Position numbers and translations under genes: made by a program. A DNA stretch of 64,000 bases from Camelus ferus. Its lineage: Eukaryota. Within the stretch, counting starts at the first letter, position 1. The number at the start of each line of letters is the position of its first letter. The stretch is from NCBI RefSeq assembly GCF_009834535.1, contig NC_045696.1, positions 34,784,001-34,848,000 on the forward strand, written 5' to 3'. Below, piece by piece: positions 25,980 to 39,835 of the stretch. The notes beneath the pieces were generated by a model. That model worked only from the letters and a program-made list of their open reading frames with translations. It was not told where the DNA came from and did no database searches.

Positions 25980-28900
25980 AACAATCAATTCAGTACATTG
26001 ATAGTGCTGAATGACCAATATATTTTAAACATTTATATTACAGCAGCATACAAATATATCACTTTATTGTTTATAGTTTCCTAGAAGGACGGATTTGCAT
26101 TTTATAATTTTTGTGTGTATTCTCACCCATCTAGCACATTTCATGTGCCAAAGTACACAATAAATATTTGCTATTTGACTAAATGAATGGATGTCCATCT
26201 GTTAACTTTGTTTAATTGTATTAGTATTAGTGATATAAATAGCTGTTCTATAATTTCATTTTTTCAAGATAACAAAGGTAAAATAGATGTTTGTAATAAA
26301 CAACATGCCTTCATCTTTGCAACTGCCCATGTGATTCTTTAAGGAAAAGTGCTTTCATTTCATCAGTTCATCCTTATTTTGCCTGGCATTGCTAGAAATG
26401 AAAACATCTATTTTGTTAACAATCTCAATTCCAAGGTCAACCAAACTGCATAGTCCCAGTTCAGTCAACAACCTGGAACTTGTTTGCCTAAATTCACCCT
26501 GGTTCTAATCAGCGTTTTGCACATGGAAAGTGCCCCATGTGGCTCAGACCCCTGTGACACTCATCTCTTTCTAACGCAACTGCCTGCTTCTCCCTCTGCT
26601 GGTTTCAGAATAAACTCCTTGTCAAAAAAAGAATTAGATTTTGACAACTTTTTTCCTATGGTTAATTGAGGTGGAGGTGATAGATATACTTGACATTTAT
26701 CTAAGTGCAGAATAGAAGATTAAGACATATTTTTTACGTACATTCTCTGTTTTAGAGGAGGTCATTTTCTGGGGTCTTTTTAATATGCCTGTGCAATTAA
26801 TAGTAGTGATAATTCTGCTCATATCACAATATCTTTAAAGTTCTTCCTTCAAATCGACAGATAAGCTTTTCTTTTTGTAGGGTTTGAATTATTTGAGCCT
26901 TCTTCAAGTTCACCCTCTAGGTCTTCCCTCCTTCAGTCTTGTAAATTAATAGTAGTTGAAAAATACAAAAGCTAGTATGCAAACCCACTTAGTTCAAAGA
27001 GAATAAGGAGAGGGTTGTAGTTGAGAATACTTTAATTATTGTCCTTAAATTTGTGAAGGCAGTCCCTGGCATTGTTAGGCCGACAGTAATAACATTTAAA
27101 AGATTTTTTTTTGTGCGTATTAAAAGTTCTTTAGGCTTTTGTTGTATTTGTTGTTGTTAATAGAAATACAGACTATCATTTTTTTTAAAAAAAATCTAGA
27201 TTTGTTTTATTTTTAACTTATTTTTAACATGCCAAGATTATCTTGTGTAGATATCTAATAATGTCTTCAGTAGTGATTCACATCATCCAATTTAATGTTA
27301 GATATTCATTTATGATAGCTACTATATTAAACATTGTATTATGTCTGTAGTATTTCATTTCAGTCTGTAAAACATTAAAAAAGCCAAGATATAATAGTAT
27401 ATTTTGCATATTAATTTGTGAAGGAGATTATGCAAACATAAATGCTTTTGAAACTGTTAATGAAATTCTTCATTGTTATAAATATGGTAGGTGATATTAA
27501 TATTTATTGAGATAGTTAATACAAATAAGTGGAAGATTAGAAAATGTAATTACAAAGGAAAGTAAAAATAATTTTCAACTTAGAAAATGAAAACCATTCT
27601 ATTTAGGCTGAACTCTGAGCACAGAGAGTAGGTGAAAGCAACAAAAGTGGTAAAGTTAAAAAAACAAACAAATAAATGTTTGCAATGAAAGAGACAAGAG
27701 AATTAGCCAAAAAAGAATATTATATTATGTCAATAAATACTAGTGGCTTACAAAAAGAATCTGGCAGCAAGGGCTTCAAACTGAATGTTAACTCTTTTTA
27801 AGGATTATATTTGACTTTTATATCACTTATTAAGTTCATTAAGGGCAATAGCACTATTTAGAAAATGATTTAAATAGCTCTATTAAAAACCATAAAACTA
27901 TTTTAGAAAATTATCAACTATTTCTAAATAGCACTATTTAAAAAATAAGGCTGTTGAGTTAGGTTTTTGTTGACTGGCAATGCTGGTATAAAAGGGAGTA
28001 AAGTAGGTTAATGTTTCTAAAATACATTCAGAATTAAGGCAAGAAAGGAACATAATAACTATAAGAAATAGAAGAAAAGTAAATAAGAGCTTTGTGCCAG
28101 GAAAAGAAAATGAATGGGAGAGACTCACTATTTAAGTTTTTGGGAGGCAAAGGATTCATAGATTTATTTTTATTCCTTTCACATGTTGAACTATTAAGAA
28201 TTGATGTCTTCCTGCCAGTGTTTAATTTATTCCTGCCAAGGAGCTTAGATAGTAGAAAGTTTGGCTTAAAGTATCTCCTTTATAAATGTGAAAACAGAGT
28301 ATCAGTCAAAGTAGAGATTAAATAGGCTCTTCATGGAAGAAGTTACTTAAAATGCCAGGCTCTTGTTTGTTTCAGGTGGAGGCAAAAAGCCCCTAAAACA
28401 GGGAGAGAACAACTTAAAGGCCCTGCACATGTGCTAAGATAGGACTGGGATCCAGCCATTGTCTGAGATGAAGGTGTGTCAGAAGCTTTGTTCATTGAAG
28501 TTACGGCTCTCAAATGTCACTGATCAGGAAATGTGTTCCTTGAGAGAAATGTATCTGTAAATGAAAATCTGGGACTTTCTCAAAAGGAAGAGGTCAATAA
28601 ATACCCTAAATATACATCTTTGGAACTCCTAGTACAAGAGACCAGGTAGAATGACTCTGAATGGCCCAGGCCAAGGCCTTATGGCACGGAGGGGCAATGA
28701 GATCCCTGAAATGAAATTTCCTACATGAACGGAGTAGTATGGACTGGTTCTTTAGATAGTATACAAGTGATCAGTTTTTATTGTTGCTGTGGAAGGTGTG
28801 AGGTCTTGGTGGTTATGATACAGTATGGGGCTGGAGCAGGAAGGTCCTTGCACACATAACTTTGTTCCTATTATGTGAGGAACAGTTACTGGAATATGTG

Positions 28901-30574
28901 CACAGATTTCAAGAGAGATGTATCTTCAGACTCCAGCATGAAGACCCACTGGTGCTATCTTGACAGATAAACATCTGTGAGGTGGGCAAATGTAAGTTTC
29001 AGCAGTAGCACAATTTTAAGAGTGAGAAACAGTGGCAGTAACGGGAGGAACAAATATGAGATCCTTGTAAGGATCTTCTGATTTCAGAAGAGGGTTAGCT
29101 TTTATTCCTTGTTTTAAGCCCTTAATGTCATTCTTGAGCGCTGAGGAGAAAGGGGGTTGTAGCTGGAGGAGACAGACTTCCTTCTGAGAAGGTATACAGG
29201 AGCTCAAACAATGAGGTAGAAAAGAAAAAAAGAGAGAGAATTATACATGGTACTTAGTAGCAGTTCAGATATAATGATAGAAATAACTATTATTCAATTA
29301 ATTAAACTTAAAAGATAGCTGTACTGGTCAAAGATAAACCGTGGATGCTGGCTTCACCCATCTGAGAAAAGTGCTCACAGGCCAGTCCTGTACTCTGGGC
29401 CTCCTCTTTGTTTCTCTCCTCACCTGCTTCTGTACTCAATTGTCAAAGGAGGACTTTCTCTGTAGCCTTCTCATTCAAACACCCTATGAAAGAGGGTCTA
29501 TCTTGTTCAGTCAGTCGCTATTCAGTTAGAATGTGTCTATTGAAAATAGTTCTTGGGTTAAGCCACCTCAGAGTTAGCTTCTTACACAAAAGATGGTGGT
29601 CTTTGAGATAGGAACTGACCCTTGGGACAGTCCTCTGTAGTCAGGGTATCAGTACAGAGAAACCGAAGGGTAACCTGGTCTCCACAAATCTTTGATCAAG
29701 GGATTCAAAGGGTGATACACCCCTACCAAATTGCGATGATTGGGCAGAAGGTGTCAATGGATGGGGTTTCATTAACTTCTGGAGACCCTGTGCATTGAGA
29801 ATATGATGATACTTCTGAATATGTAACCAAAATACAGTAATCTTCATACTACATTTTACAAAAGTCCAAAACAGGTCTGATTTTTTCCATCAAGCATTTT
29901 TCCCCCAATTTTTTGCTGCTGTTGTTTCTGCTGCTGTGGTCTTTATCTTGCAAGAACCCTTGGCAGCTTCTTCCTTTATTGACAAAATACTTCTGAACAA
30001 ATCTGAGCCTGAGGTTGGGTAGGAGAGGGGCATTGGGCCCAGCTGTGAAGACCTGAAGATGGAAAATTCAGAAGAAGTAAATCATGGACTCATCAATGCT
30101 CTGAGCAACTTTGTCCCTGGGATTAAAGCATTTCTGTTCTTTGAAAATTCATTTCCATGAAGCCTAATAGCAATCTGATTTTTTTTAAATTAATGGATTC
30201 TGTTAGTAAATGATTCACTAATGGCTTACTAATGGTTTACTTATGCCCATGCAAACTTAACCTTTCATTTTTACACTATTATTTAGCTATATGTTTCCCA
30301 TTTATTTTAAGGAGTTATTTGGATGAGAGCACTGGATTAGAAGTGAATTTGTACTCTCACACTTCTCATTAACCTAACCCAGTGACACTGCCTGACAGCT
30401 TACCTTTGTGGACCAAAAATTAGCCTGAAGTATTTCTTCCTTCTCCTCTTTCTTTTTGAGATGTCCCTTAGGAGATGAAAAATTAGACTCCTATAGGTCT
30501 CTCCCGGGCCTACACTTTAATTCTCAGATTCAAAGCGTGCTACTTTAAACTTGTTGAAACAGAAAACAAAAGGT

Positions 30575-30815
30575 GACGGGATATGTAGTATAGAAAGCTT
30601 TGGAGCTGGGCAGTTGTAATCTCTAATATAAGATCCATTATCCACCATTTATGAAATCTTAAACCAGTTCTTATCTTTCTGAGGTCAGAATTTTTATCTG
30701 TAAAATGATGATGACAATACATACTTCAGAATGCTGTCCTAAAGGAGACAATATAGATAAAATACCCAGCGCAATGTTTGGTGCACAGGCCGTTCTCCAT
30801 TACGTTTAGCTCCCT
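30575..30815 (+). mobile_element. MIR SINE
   Basis: tttatctgtaaaatgatgatgacaatacatacttcaga core. Confidence 0.65.
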
Positions 30816-31274
30816 TTCCAGATGGACACTCAGGGAGCCACTTTACTGTATATTCATCAGCATGTGACCTAAGTGCTTGGTTAGTCATAGGCTAGATCCT
30901 GGGAGTTATTCATCATTTTGAACAGTTCCTGGAAGCCTGATTCTTCTCATGCTGTAGCTTTGTTTTTGACACTGCAGATATTTGTGTAGAAATTGAAAAT
31001 AATAACTTTCTCAAATTCACTTTTATGTAATAGTTTACATTCATTTATTATTTCATTCCACTCAGGAATATTTATTAGAATGGTTATTTTATGTCAGGCT
31101 ACCTTGGTGACTAAGACAAAGTCCCTGTCCTTATGAAAATTACATTCGAGTAGCCTGAGAAAAATAACAAACCAGGAAGCAAATACATAAAACAAGTAAT
31201 TAGAGACTGAAAAATGGTAAGAAGGAAATAGTACATTCAATTAAAGTAACTGGAGGCAGAAAGGGTCCATTTTT

Positions 31275-31972
31275 TTTTAACATTTTTTATTGATTTATAA
31301 TCATTTTACAATGTTGTGTCAAATTCCAGTGTAGAGCACAATTTTTCAGTTATACATGAACATATATATATTTATTGTCACATTCTTTTCTCTGTGCGCT
31401 ACCATAAGATCTTGTGTATATTTCCCTGTGCTATACAGTATAATCTTGTTTATCTATTCTACAATTTTGAAATCCCATCTATCCCTTCCCACCCTCCACC
31501 CCCTTGGCAACCACAAGTTTGTATTCTATGTCTATGAGTCTGTTTCTGTTTTGTATTTATGCTTTGTTTGTTTGTTTGTTTAGATTCCACATATGAGCAA
31601 TCTCATAAATGTATTTTTCTTTCTCTTTCTGGCTTACTTCACTTAGAATGACATTCTCCAGGAGCATCCATGTTGCTGCAAATGGCATTATGTTGTCAGT
31701 TTTTATGGCTAAGTAGTATTCCATTGTATAAATATACATCCACTGATGGACATTTAGGTTGTTTCCATGTCTTGGCTATTGTAAATAGTGCTGCTATGAA
31801 CATTGGGGTGCAGGTGTCTTTTTGAAGTAGGGTTCCTTCTGGATATATGCCCAGGAGTGGGATTCCTGGGTCATATGGTAAGTCTATTCCTAGTCTTTTG
31901 AGGAATCTCCATACTGTTTTCCACAGTGGCTGCACCAAACTGCATTCCCACCAGCAGTGTAGGAGGGTTCCC
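31275..31972 (-). mobile_element. Young 5'-truncated L1 (ORF2 C-terminus and 3' UTR)
   Basis: ORF 31696-31986 ([25 protein letters not shown]...CTPMFIAALFTIAKTWKQPKCPS) is the L1 ORF2 C-terminal domain. 18-bp TSD cagaaagggt(c/t)cattttt at 31257-31274 and 31973-31990. Confidence 0.95.
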
Positions 31973-32099
31973 CAGAAAGGGTTCATTTTTGATTGGGTGG
32001 TTAAAGAGTCTCTTTCCTGCCTTTTCTTCCTTCATTCCTTCCATTTACTGAGACCTGAAGTTTTTAAAAAAAAATTTTTTTTTTTTTAAGCTAGCTATG

Positions 32100-34390
32100 T
32101 TAAGAGGCAGAGGAAGAGAACTGCAAGCCATGGGAATAGCAAGTAAAAGGCTCTGAGGCTGGAAAGAACTTGATGGGAATAAAGGGAGTAAAAGAAGCCA
32201 GTGTGGTCTTGCAGATTGAAACGTGATAGAGGGATAGAATGATGTATTATAAGATAAAAACAATTTGACAGGAGCCCCATTTTTTTACCCAAAGAGCAAT
32301 AGGAACTCCTGGAATCATTTCATACAAAAATGACGTGATTCAGCTTATATTTTAAAAGTGAATCATTTTTGCAGCTATGGAAGATGGCCAATAGTTAGAT
32401 AAAAATGCAAGCAGGGAGATCAGAGCAAGATTTGCAGTTGTTCAGGTTGGAGATGCTGATGGCTTAAGTAGGATGGAGACACTAGAAATGGTAGGTTGAG
32501 ATATAATTAGGACATAGAATTGAAAAAATATGGCAATTAATTGGATAAAAGGAGTGAGGAAACTAGAAGAATAAAGCCAGGCTTATAAGTAAATAAAAGA
32601 TGGTTGGTCAATTTCTGAGATGCTAAAAATTGGAGAAAAGTATTGGGGAAAGAGGGAGCAAAAGTTCTTTTTGAGGTGAAATGTATTAGAGAAATTTACC
32701 TTAAACCATCTAAGTTGGAGACCTGAAATGGGTAGTTAGATATATGAATTTAAAATTTAAGCAGTTAGGAATAAGAATTTGGAACTGGGGAAAGGTGTTA
32801 GATGAAGATGCAGATTTAGAAATAGTTAGCATAAATATATTTCATAGTATAAGATCATCTTGAGACAAAGTATAAAACCAAGAGAAAAAGTGATTCCCGA
32901 TAGTTTCCTGATGCAATCCAGCAATTTCACAGGAGGAATAGCTAGCAAAAAAGACTGAAAAAGAGGGACTGGTGAAGCAGGAGGAAAACCTGGAGTGTGT
33001 AGTGATATAGAAGTTAAGAGAAGAGAGGTATTCAAGAAGGAGGGGTGAGAAGCTATCTTTAATATCACTGAGCCATCGTGTAAGAATAGAATAGAGAGAT
33101 TCAATTGAATTTTGAGAATGTATAGCTCTTTGATGACCTTGAAAGGAAGAATAGCAATCATTTTGGGTAGCTAGAAAACACAGTGAAGGAAATTGAATTG
33201 GAATACAAGAAACTGAGGATGGCAGCTGTAAACAACTCATTAAATAAGTTTAAATTTTCTTATTTTCTTATTTAAAAAAATGAACTGAAAATGAAGTAGT
33301 ACCTGGAAGAGGATGTGGGGTCAAGAAAGTTTGATTTTTGAAATGCATGATACTAGAACATATTTGTAGGCTGATTAGGAATAATTAAAAGGAGAAATTG
33401 GTATAACAGGCAAAGGGAGAGCTCTTGAGAAGATGAGAGTAGTTGGAACTGAAGCTCAAGCTGATGGACGTGGTCGTGCCACCTATTCCATTGTAACAGG
33501 AAGAATAAAAGGTACAGAAGATGGGTGTAGAAGAAGGTGATTTTGTAGATTTGAAGGTGGGAGAATGAAGGAGTTATCTTTCATGGCTTCTATTTTCTCA
33601 ATAAAGTATGAGATCATTTACAAAAATGGAAGAGGAGAGTATAAGGGTTTGTTGAGGACATTGGAAAGGATGTGCAGTAAGACTGGAGAGTAGGAAAATA
33701 GATTTACCTGAGAAATGTAGTAAGGTTGAGACTAATACGGAGAATTCAATTTGGGTTGAAATTTATGGATGGAAAGTGAAATATGGTGGTCCATTTGTGA
33801 ATTTTTTTTTCAGCAATATTCAATTTCTTATACAAAAAGTAAAGAGAAAACAAATAATTTGGTTAAGGCAGGTTTGAAGTTTGGCAAAGCAAAGATGACA
33901 GAGAGAGAGATCCAAAGACTGGAGGCCACTTTCAGGGAGTGATTATAATGACCAAACACGTATTCTAAACTGGATTGAGAAGGTGTGAAGATGTGAAGTC
34001 GGGAAGAATAAAATAACAGAATCAAGAAAAATTGGTGGGGTTATTAATCATATAGAGGTTAGATGCTGCAGTGGGGGTACAATTTTAGGTGAAATGGAAG
34101 AAGAGCATGTGGCGGTCAGTGAATGGAATGCTACAATGGAGATTTTTAGTGTGAAATAGTTATTGATGTTGAAAGGTCGAGGGAGTGACCGTGAGTAGAT
34201 GGCTGAGGTGGGAAAAATAAAATGATGGTGAAAGGTGAAGAAGTCAAGGAACTGGGACACGAGGAACACAAGGAACATGGGACACACATGGATGCTGATG
34301 TCACCCTTGATAAAGCCAGGCACTGAGATGGAAGGAACACCTAGGATAGAAATACAGTCAAACAGAAGCTAAAATCTTCAACCAGTGAAC
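32100..34390 (-). mobile_element. Long degraded L2 LINE (3' end at ~31040-31256, split by the young L1)
   Basis: Purine-rich L2-like body, e.g. ggtgaagcaggaggaaaacctggagtgtgtagtg and ttgatgaccttgaaaggaagaa. Confidence 0.7.
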
Positions 34391-35664
34391 AGTGGGGTAA
34401 GAAGTTACTGGAAATGAAAGTGAGCGAGAAACTTGAAAACTTCCTTCTCAGTCTAGTCGTTTTATAATTCTGGTTTTGATTTCAGTATTGCAATAGCACT
34501 ATCCTTTAAATATAATTGGCTGCAAACACATGCTTTTACTGAACTATCCCCGTGATATTTATGTGCTTATGTGTTTGTGTAGAGACTAGATGTAGCTGCC
34601 ACGATTCCCATTGTCTTTTAAATTGATTTTTTTTCCATGGGAGTGCATCGCAATTTTGTGTGTGGGTCATCATTGCTACACTTAATGTATAGGGTGATAT
34701 TGGTATGTGAATTTTATCTGTTTTCATTTTCTCCCACCTGTAGCACCGCCTCGAGGTAATCTATAAGCCTTATCATGATCTTCCTTTCCCATTGTGTTCT
34801 TCCACATTTGGCTTCTTTCTTGCTTATTACAGCACAATACTCACCTTTTTTTCTGAAGTCAGTTATATTATTCGACTTTGTCTTTCACTACTCCTATTTT
34901 AGGTTCCAACAATTCCCATTCCTTCTTCACTGGTTACTTTATTCCCATACAAATTCCTAATTGAATCACACACACACAAACACACATAAACTATTCGTGA
35001 CTTAGATGAAACAGTGGTCTATTTAATATCTGTGTATTTTAAAATGTAACTCTTATCATCATTTTTGGTGTTAGGCCAATTATGTTAATTAGAGTATACT
35101 GAGCAAAGTACATATTTCCAGTCTCTGCACATATATTATTCAATTTGATGAAGCTTCAATATATAAAAGCTTTTTGCAAAATGTGGTGTCAGACTGTTAC
35201 AGTCTTTGGTCAGAATCTTGGCAGATGAAGTCAATTAAAAAGGTCAAAATAATGGTCCGTTATTTTACAGGAAGTGTAAATGTACAGAATTTATTATCTA
35301 ATTAAATGAAAGTCTGTAAGTCACTATTAGGATAGAGAATATAAATGCATCCAAATCAGGAAGTGGAAAAAGTTGATTTCTTAATAGAAATCAGAAAAAA
35401 AGAGTGGCTGTTGGTTGCCCAGTTTGTTGTCATCTTACTTATTCTCCTTTGTTGTTCTGGAAAACCTTCTTGTCCTTGTATAGACATAACATTCTCTGGT
35501 TAGTCAAGTTGCCTTCATCACTAATTTCTGGCTGGTTAAATAGCTGCTGAATTAAGACTGTCTTGTTTCGTCATGGAAGGAGTCTTCCACAGAGGATATA
35601 TACACTTTCTTTATAGGATTATTTCTTCCCTCTGCCCAGTTCAAAACCAAATAATAGTATTGGT

Positions 35665-36440
35665 TGATTCATTCATTTAACAAATATTTATAAATTATCT
35701 ACGGCCTCTCTTGGACTGTTCTAGGAACTGAACGGGTATCAGGGAACCAAATAAACAAAAGCAAACTAAAAAACCATGCCCTCCTCGGGTTACAGTCTAC
35801 TGGGGGCAGATAGGTAATAAAATAAATAAGTTGTATGAGTGTATTAGATGGTAATTAGTGTTTCACAGAGAGAAAAAAAAAAAGAAAGCAACAGATGGGA
35901 ATTGGGAGTAGTAGGGTCAGATACAATTTAAAACAGGGTGCTCAGGAAGGCCTCACTGAGAAGGAAACATTTTATTAAAAACTACAGAGACATGGAAAAA
36001 TGAGGACTATATTTATTGGGAGGAAGATTGTTCCAGGGAGCTCTAATAGCAAGTGTAAAGGTCTTAAGCTGGAGCCTGTGTGACTTATGGAACCACTGGA
36101 AAGCCAGTGTGGCTGGAGTGGAGTCATGGAGGATGAAAGGGGGAAGCAACGCCAGACTGTGGAGGGACTCACCAGGCACTGTCAGAACTTTGGCTTTTCC
36201 TCTGATTGAGACTGGGAATTAGTGAGCAGAGAAATGAGATCATCTGACATAAGTTTTAAAGCAGTTACTCTGTGTTGAGAATAGACTGTAGGGAGAGAGT
36301 GTGGGTAAAAACAGGGAGAACGATTAGCATATATTGAAACAATCTAGGCAGGAGATTATAGTGATTTATAATGGGTTGTTGGGGGCAAAGGTGGTGGGGA
36401 GTCGTTGCATTCGGATGCATTTTAAAGACAGAACCAATGG
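35665..36440 (-). mobile_element. L2 LINE 3' portion
   Basis: ttcattcatttaacaaatatttat...caggaaggcctcactgagaagg...gccagtgtggctggagtggagt. Confidence 0.85.
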
Positions 36441-36499
36441 TAGAGCTCTATTACAAAAGTATGTATTGGAGTACATGACAGTGAAAGGAAATGGAATAA

Positions 36500-36835
36500 T
36501 CTGTATTATTTTTTTCTTTTATTAAGCTGAGGAAGCCTTATTTTGTCTAAGCTGGGGAAGTGTTCTATAACAGTATTAACTGATTTTTATCCATTATAAA
36601 GAAACTATGCTTGTATAAATCCTTTTCCTGAAAAAAATCACTAGAATAGCTTCTGTCAATATGCAATATATAAGTTTATATGTATAAAATAATGTATACA
36701 ATATATATATAAAATATAAAATACAAAATAAGTATTTCTGCCGATGTTCTGGGAAAGAATGTAAAAATAATCTGTGTGGATCAGAGAGTAGGCTCATCTC
36801 TGAAGGAGGATAGGACTTTAAAGTCTCTCCCTCTC
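36500..36835 (-). other. Candidate terminal exon and 3' UTR of a minus-strand transcript
   Basis: Strong acceptor gctcttttttgtttcttttatctatag|gagagg, AU-rich body, minus-strand AATAAA at 36518-36523. Possible C-termini: ERERL* (phase 0) or RGRDFKVLSSFRDEPTL* (phase 2). Confidence 0.5.
36518..36523 (-). terminator. Candidate polyadenylation signal
   Basis: Plus-strand tttatt is AATAAA on minus, followed by a U-rich stretch (ttattccatttcctttcactgtc). Confidence 0.4.
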
Positions 36836-37724
36836 CTATAGATAAAAGAAACAAAAAAGAGCTTAAATTTGTCGGGGTGGGGTGGGGAAGGGCAGGGAGG
36901 ACATCTGTGTGCAGTAAAGAGTGAGTGGAACATTTGGATAAAGATAAGTTCAAACTTTCCACAACAGATCTGATGCATTTGCTGAGCCAAATGAGTCTGG
37001 CAGATAGGAATGAAAAAAAGGGACTCTCTTAACAGTAAACCTACTTTATATGTAGCATATTTGGACCAATGAAGAGGACTAAACATCGGGACATGAGATT
37101 TTGAAGGTAAAAGTTTTATCCAAGCCCAGGAAGTGGCTAGCCCTTTCCTGGTTCAGTGGCACTAACTTGGCACTGTGGCATGTATTGGAAGAAAATGATT
37201 ACATGAACAAGGAATAAAAGAGCTGGTCATGAATCACTTTAATACTTATTAAACTGTTGACAAGATGTCTCATCCAATGAGGGGTCTTCCCAGAGGGACA
37301 TACCAGCAACGAAGATTTGATGAAATAAAAATATAGCAAAAGAATGAATTAAAGTAAGGAGATGTTTTTTAACATCACTTTACTTCTCTGGTTAAAGTTG
37401 CATATTTTAAAGGTACATTAATTATATTAGGAAGTGGAAGTGCTACTTATTTCATGAAGTATTAAGGAGTTCTTGAGCAACCGGAAACAATTAGTGCAAC
37501 AATATAAATGTCTATTTTTTTAACCATAGATTATTTTACATTCTAGGAAAATCTAGGTTTCTGCCTCTGTTATTGATAGATTTGCACATGATAGTATATA
37601 GAGAAAAATCTGACTATTAATGCATTAAAATTAGCATTATTAACATTATTTTGTTATTTTATAGCCTCTTCCTAAAATGAAAGACTTAAAGAAAACTCAA
37701 TCAGTTCTTATTTAAGAGAAAGTC

Positions 37725-38010
37725 TTGCATAATGATTGAGAGTTTGGGTCCTGGAATCAGACTGCTCTGTGTTTATTCCCAGCTATCATTTTCTAGCTTT
37801 GTGATTGGGGCAAATTACTTAAATTTTGTATGCCCAGTTTTCTCATAAGCAAAATGAGTATAATAATACTTAGTAGGCATCTGCAAGGACCTATTTATCT
37901 ACCTAACCTATCTAGATCTATATACAGATACAGAGATAAGGTAAAGATATAAGACCATCCTAATATTAGTGCCTACTGCATAATAGGAACTAAAAAAAAA
38001 ACTTAGCTAG
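37725..38010 (+). mobile_element. MIR SINE
   Basis: ctggaatcagactgc...ttggggcaaattacttaa...cagttttctcataagcaaaatgag. Confidence 0.75.
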
Positions 38011-38196
38011 TATTTTTCTTGGAAATAATTTTTCCAATTATGATTTTTAGATTTTGGCACTGTTGAATTATACTATTCACTCACTTATGCATGCAGCAAA
38101 TATTGAGAACTTACTATGTGCCTCACAGTGTACTAGCCACTGGGGATATAACTGTGATCAAGTGGACATAATACTTGAACTTAAAGATGTTACAGT

Positions 38197-38771
38197 TAAA
38201 GGGGAGCAGAATATGTGACCCCAAAATGTGTCACTTTGGCATGTGTATTGCTTTGAGCTGAATGCAATCAAGGTCCAAAAAACCCAGGAAGAGATTTTTA
38301 CTTTCCCCTTAACTGCCTTAAAGAATTTGGATTTGGATAGAAGGCCTGGTCCAGAAAGAGAGCTATCACGAGGGATAACCATAAAGAGTGTAGGTAGGTG
38401 TGGTAAGCTGTGGGGCTCTCAGCAGGGTCTGTTTATTCAAATTTCTCTCTATGTCCCATTGTCTCTGCATGGCATGACAAACATTTGCTTAGCAAACTTT
38501 TTGTTTGTTTGTTTAGCAAACATTTGTTATTCCCATCATGTGAATTGTCTTCCTTCCCTTTGAAGCCACAGATCCCTACCACCTTCTTCTCAACTCTGGG
38601 TGGCATTTAAACTTCAGCAGACTGACTGACTTGAAGCCTCTCATGTGTATGTGTGTCTCCTGTTATGTACAAAATTAAACTTTTCTACTGTTAATCTGTT
38701 TTATGTCAATGAAATTATTAGGCCAGCCAAAAGAACATAGAAGGGTAGAGGAAAAATTTTCCTCCCCTATG
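38197..38771 (+). mobile_element. ERV1 solo LTR (MER34-like)
   Basis: Starts taaaggggagcagaatatgtgaccccaaaatgtgtcactttggcat, ends ttcctcccctatg; 4-bp TSD cagt at 38193-38196 and 38772-38775. Confidence 0.8.
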
Positions 38772-38924
38772 CAGTATAGGGCATAACATTTAAGAAATAT
38801 TGAAAAAGCAAATGCAAATCTGAAAAGTGAAATAAACAGGTTTTAAAGGTTCATATGACAGGTCAAATCTAAACGAGAATTGTTTTTTGTTGTTGTTCTT
38901 AAAATTATATTTCAGATAAGATAA

Positions 38925-39835
38925 GGCAATCTACAGATTCACTGCCCTCCCTATCAAAATACCAGAGGCATTTTGCACAGAACTAAGACAAATAATTCTA
39001 AAATTTATATAGAAACACAAAGACCCTGAAGAGCCAAAGCAATCTTGAGAAAGAAGGACAAAGCTGGAGGTACCATGCTCCCTTATTGCCAACTATACTA
39101 CAAAGCTACTATAATCCAAACAGTATGGTCCTGGCACAAAAACAGACACATAGATCAATGGCATGGAATAGAGAACACAGAAATAAACCCACACTTACAT
39201 GGACAATTAATCTACAACAAATGAGGCAAGAATATACAAAGGGGAAAAGACAGCTTCTTCAATAAGTGGTATTGGGAAAACTGGACAGCTATATGTAAAA
39301 GGACAAATCAAGACTACTTTCTCACACTACATAAAAGTAAATTCAACATAGATTAAAGACTTAAATGTAAGACCTGAAAATATAAAACTTGTAGAAGAAA
39401 ACATAAACAGTACACTCTGACATCAGTCTTAGTAATATTTTTGAGGGGATATGTCTCCTCAGACGAGGAAAACAAAAGCAAGATTAAATAAATGGGACTA
39501 CATCAAACTAAAAAGCTTTTGCACAGTGAAGGAAACTATTAACAAAACAAAAAGGCTGTCTAATGAATGGGAGAAGTTATTTGCAAATTATACATCCAAT
39601 AATGGTTTAATACCCAAAATATCCAAAAACTCACAACTCAGCATCAGAAAACAAACAAACAATCAAAAACAACCTGGTTAAAAAATGAGCTGACATCCAA
39701 AGAAAAATACACTGTGCATGGCCAATAGGCACATTGAAAGAGGCTCATCATCATCAATCATCAGGGAAATGCAAATCAAATTCACAATGAGATTATCACC
39801 TCTTATCTGTCAGAATAGCTAGCAACAAAAAACAA
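38925..39835 (+). mobile_element. Internal L1 ORF2 fragment
   Basis: ORF 39451-39681 (KTKARLNKWDYIKLKSFCTVKETINKTKR..EWEKLFANY) is L1 ORF2. Confidence 0.9.

Noticed and set aside
29641..29847. 68-aa minus-strand ORF with a possible acceptor near 29815
   Set aside because: Weak polypyrimidine tract, non-consensus donor (gttacc), no recognisable homology, and it lies beyond the putative poly(A) site at ~36.5 kb.
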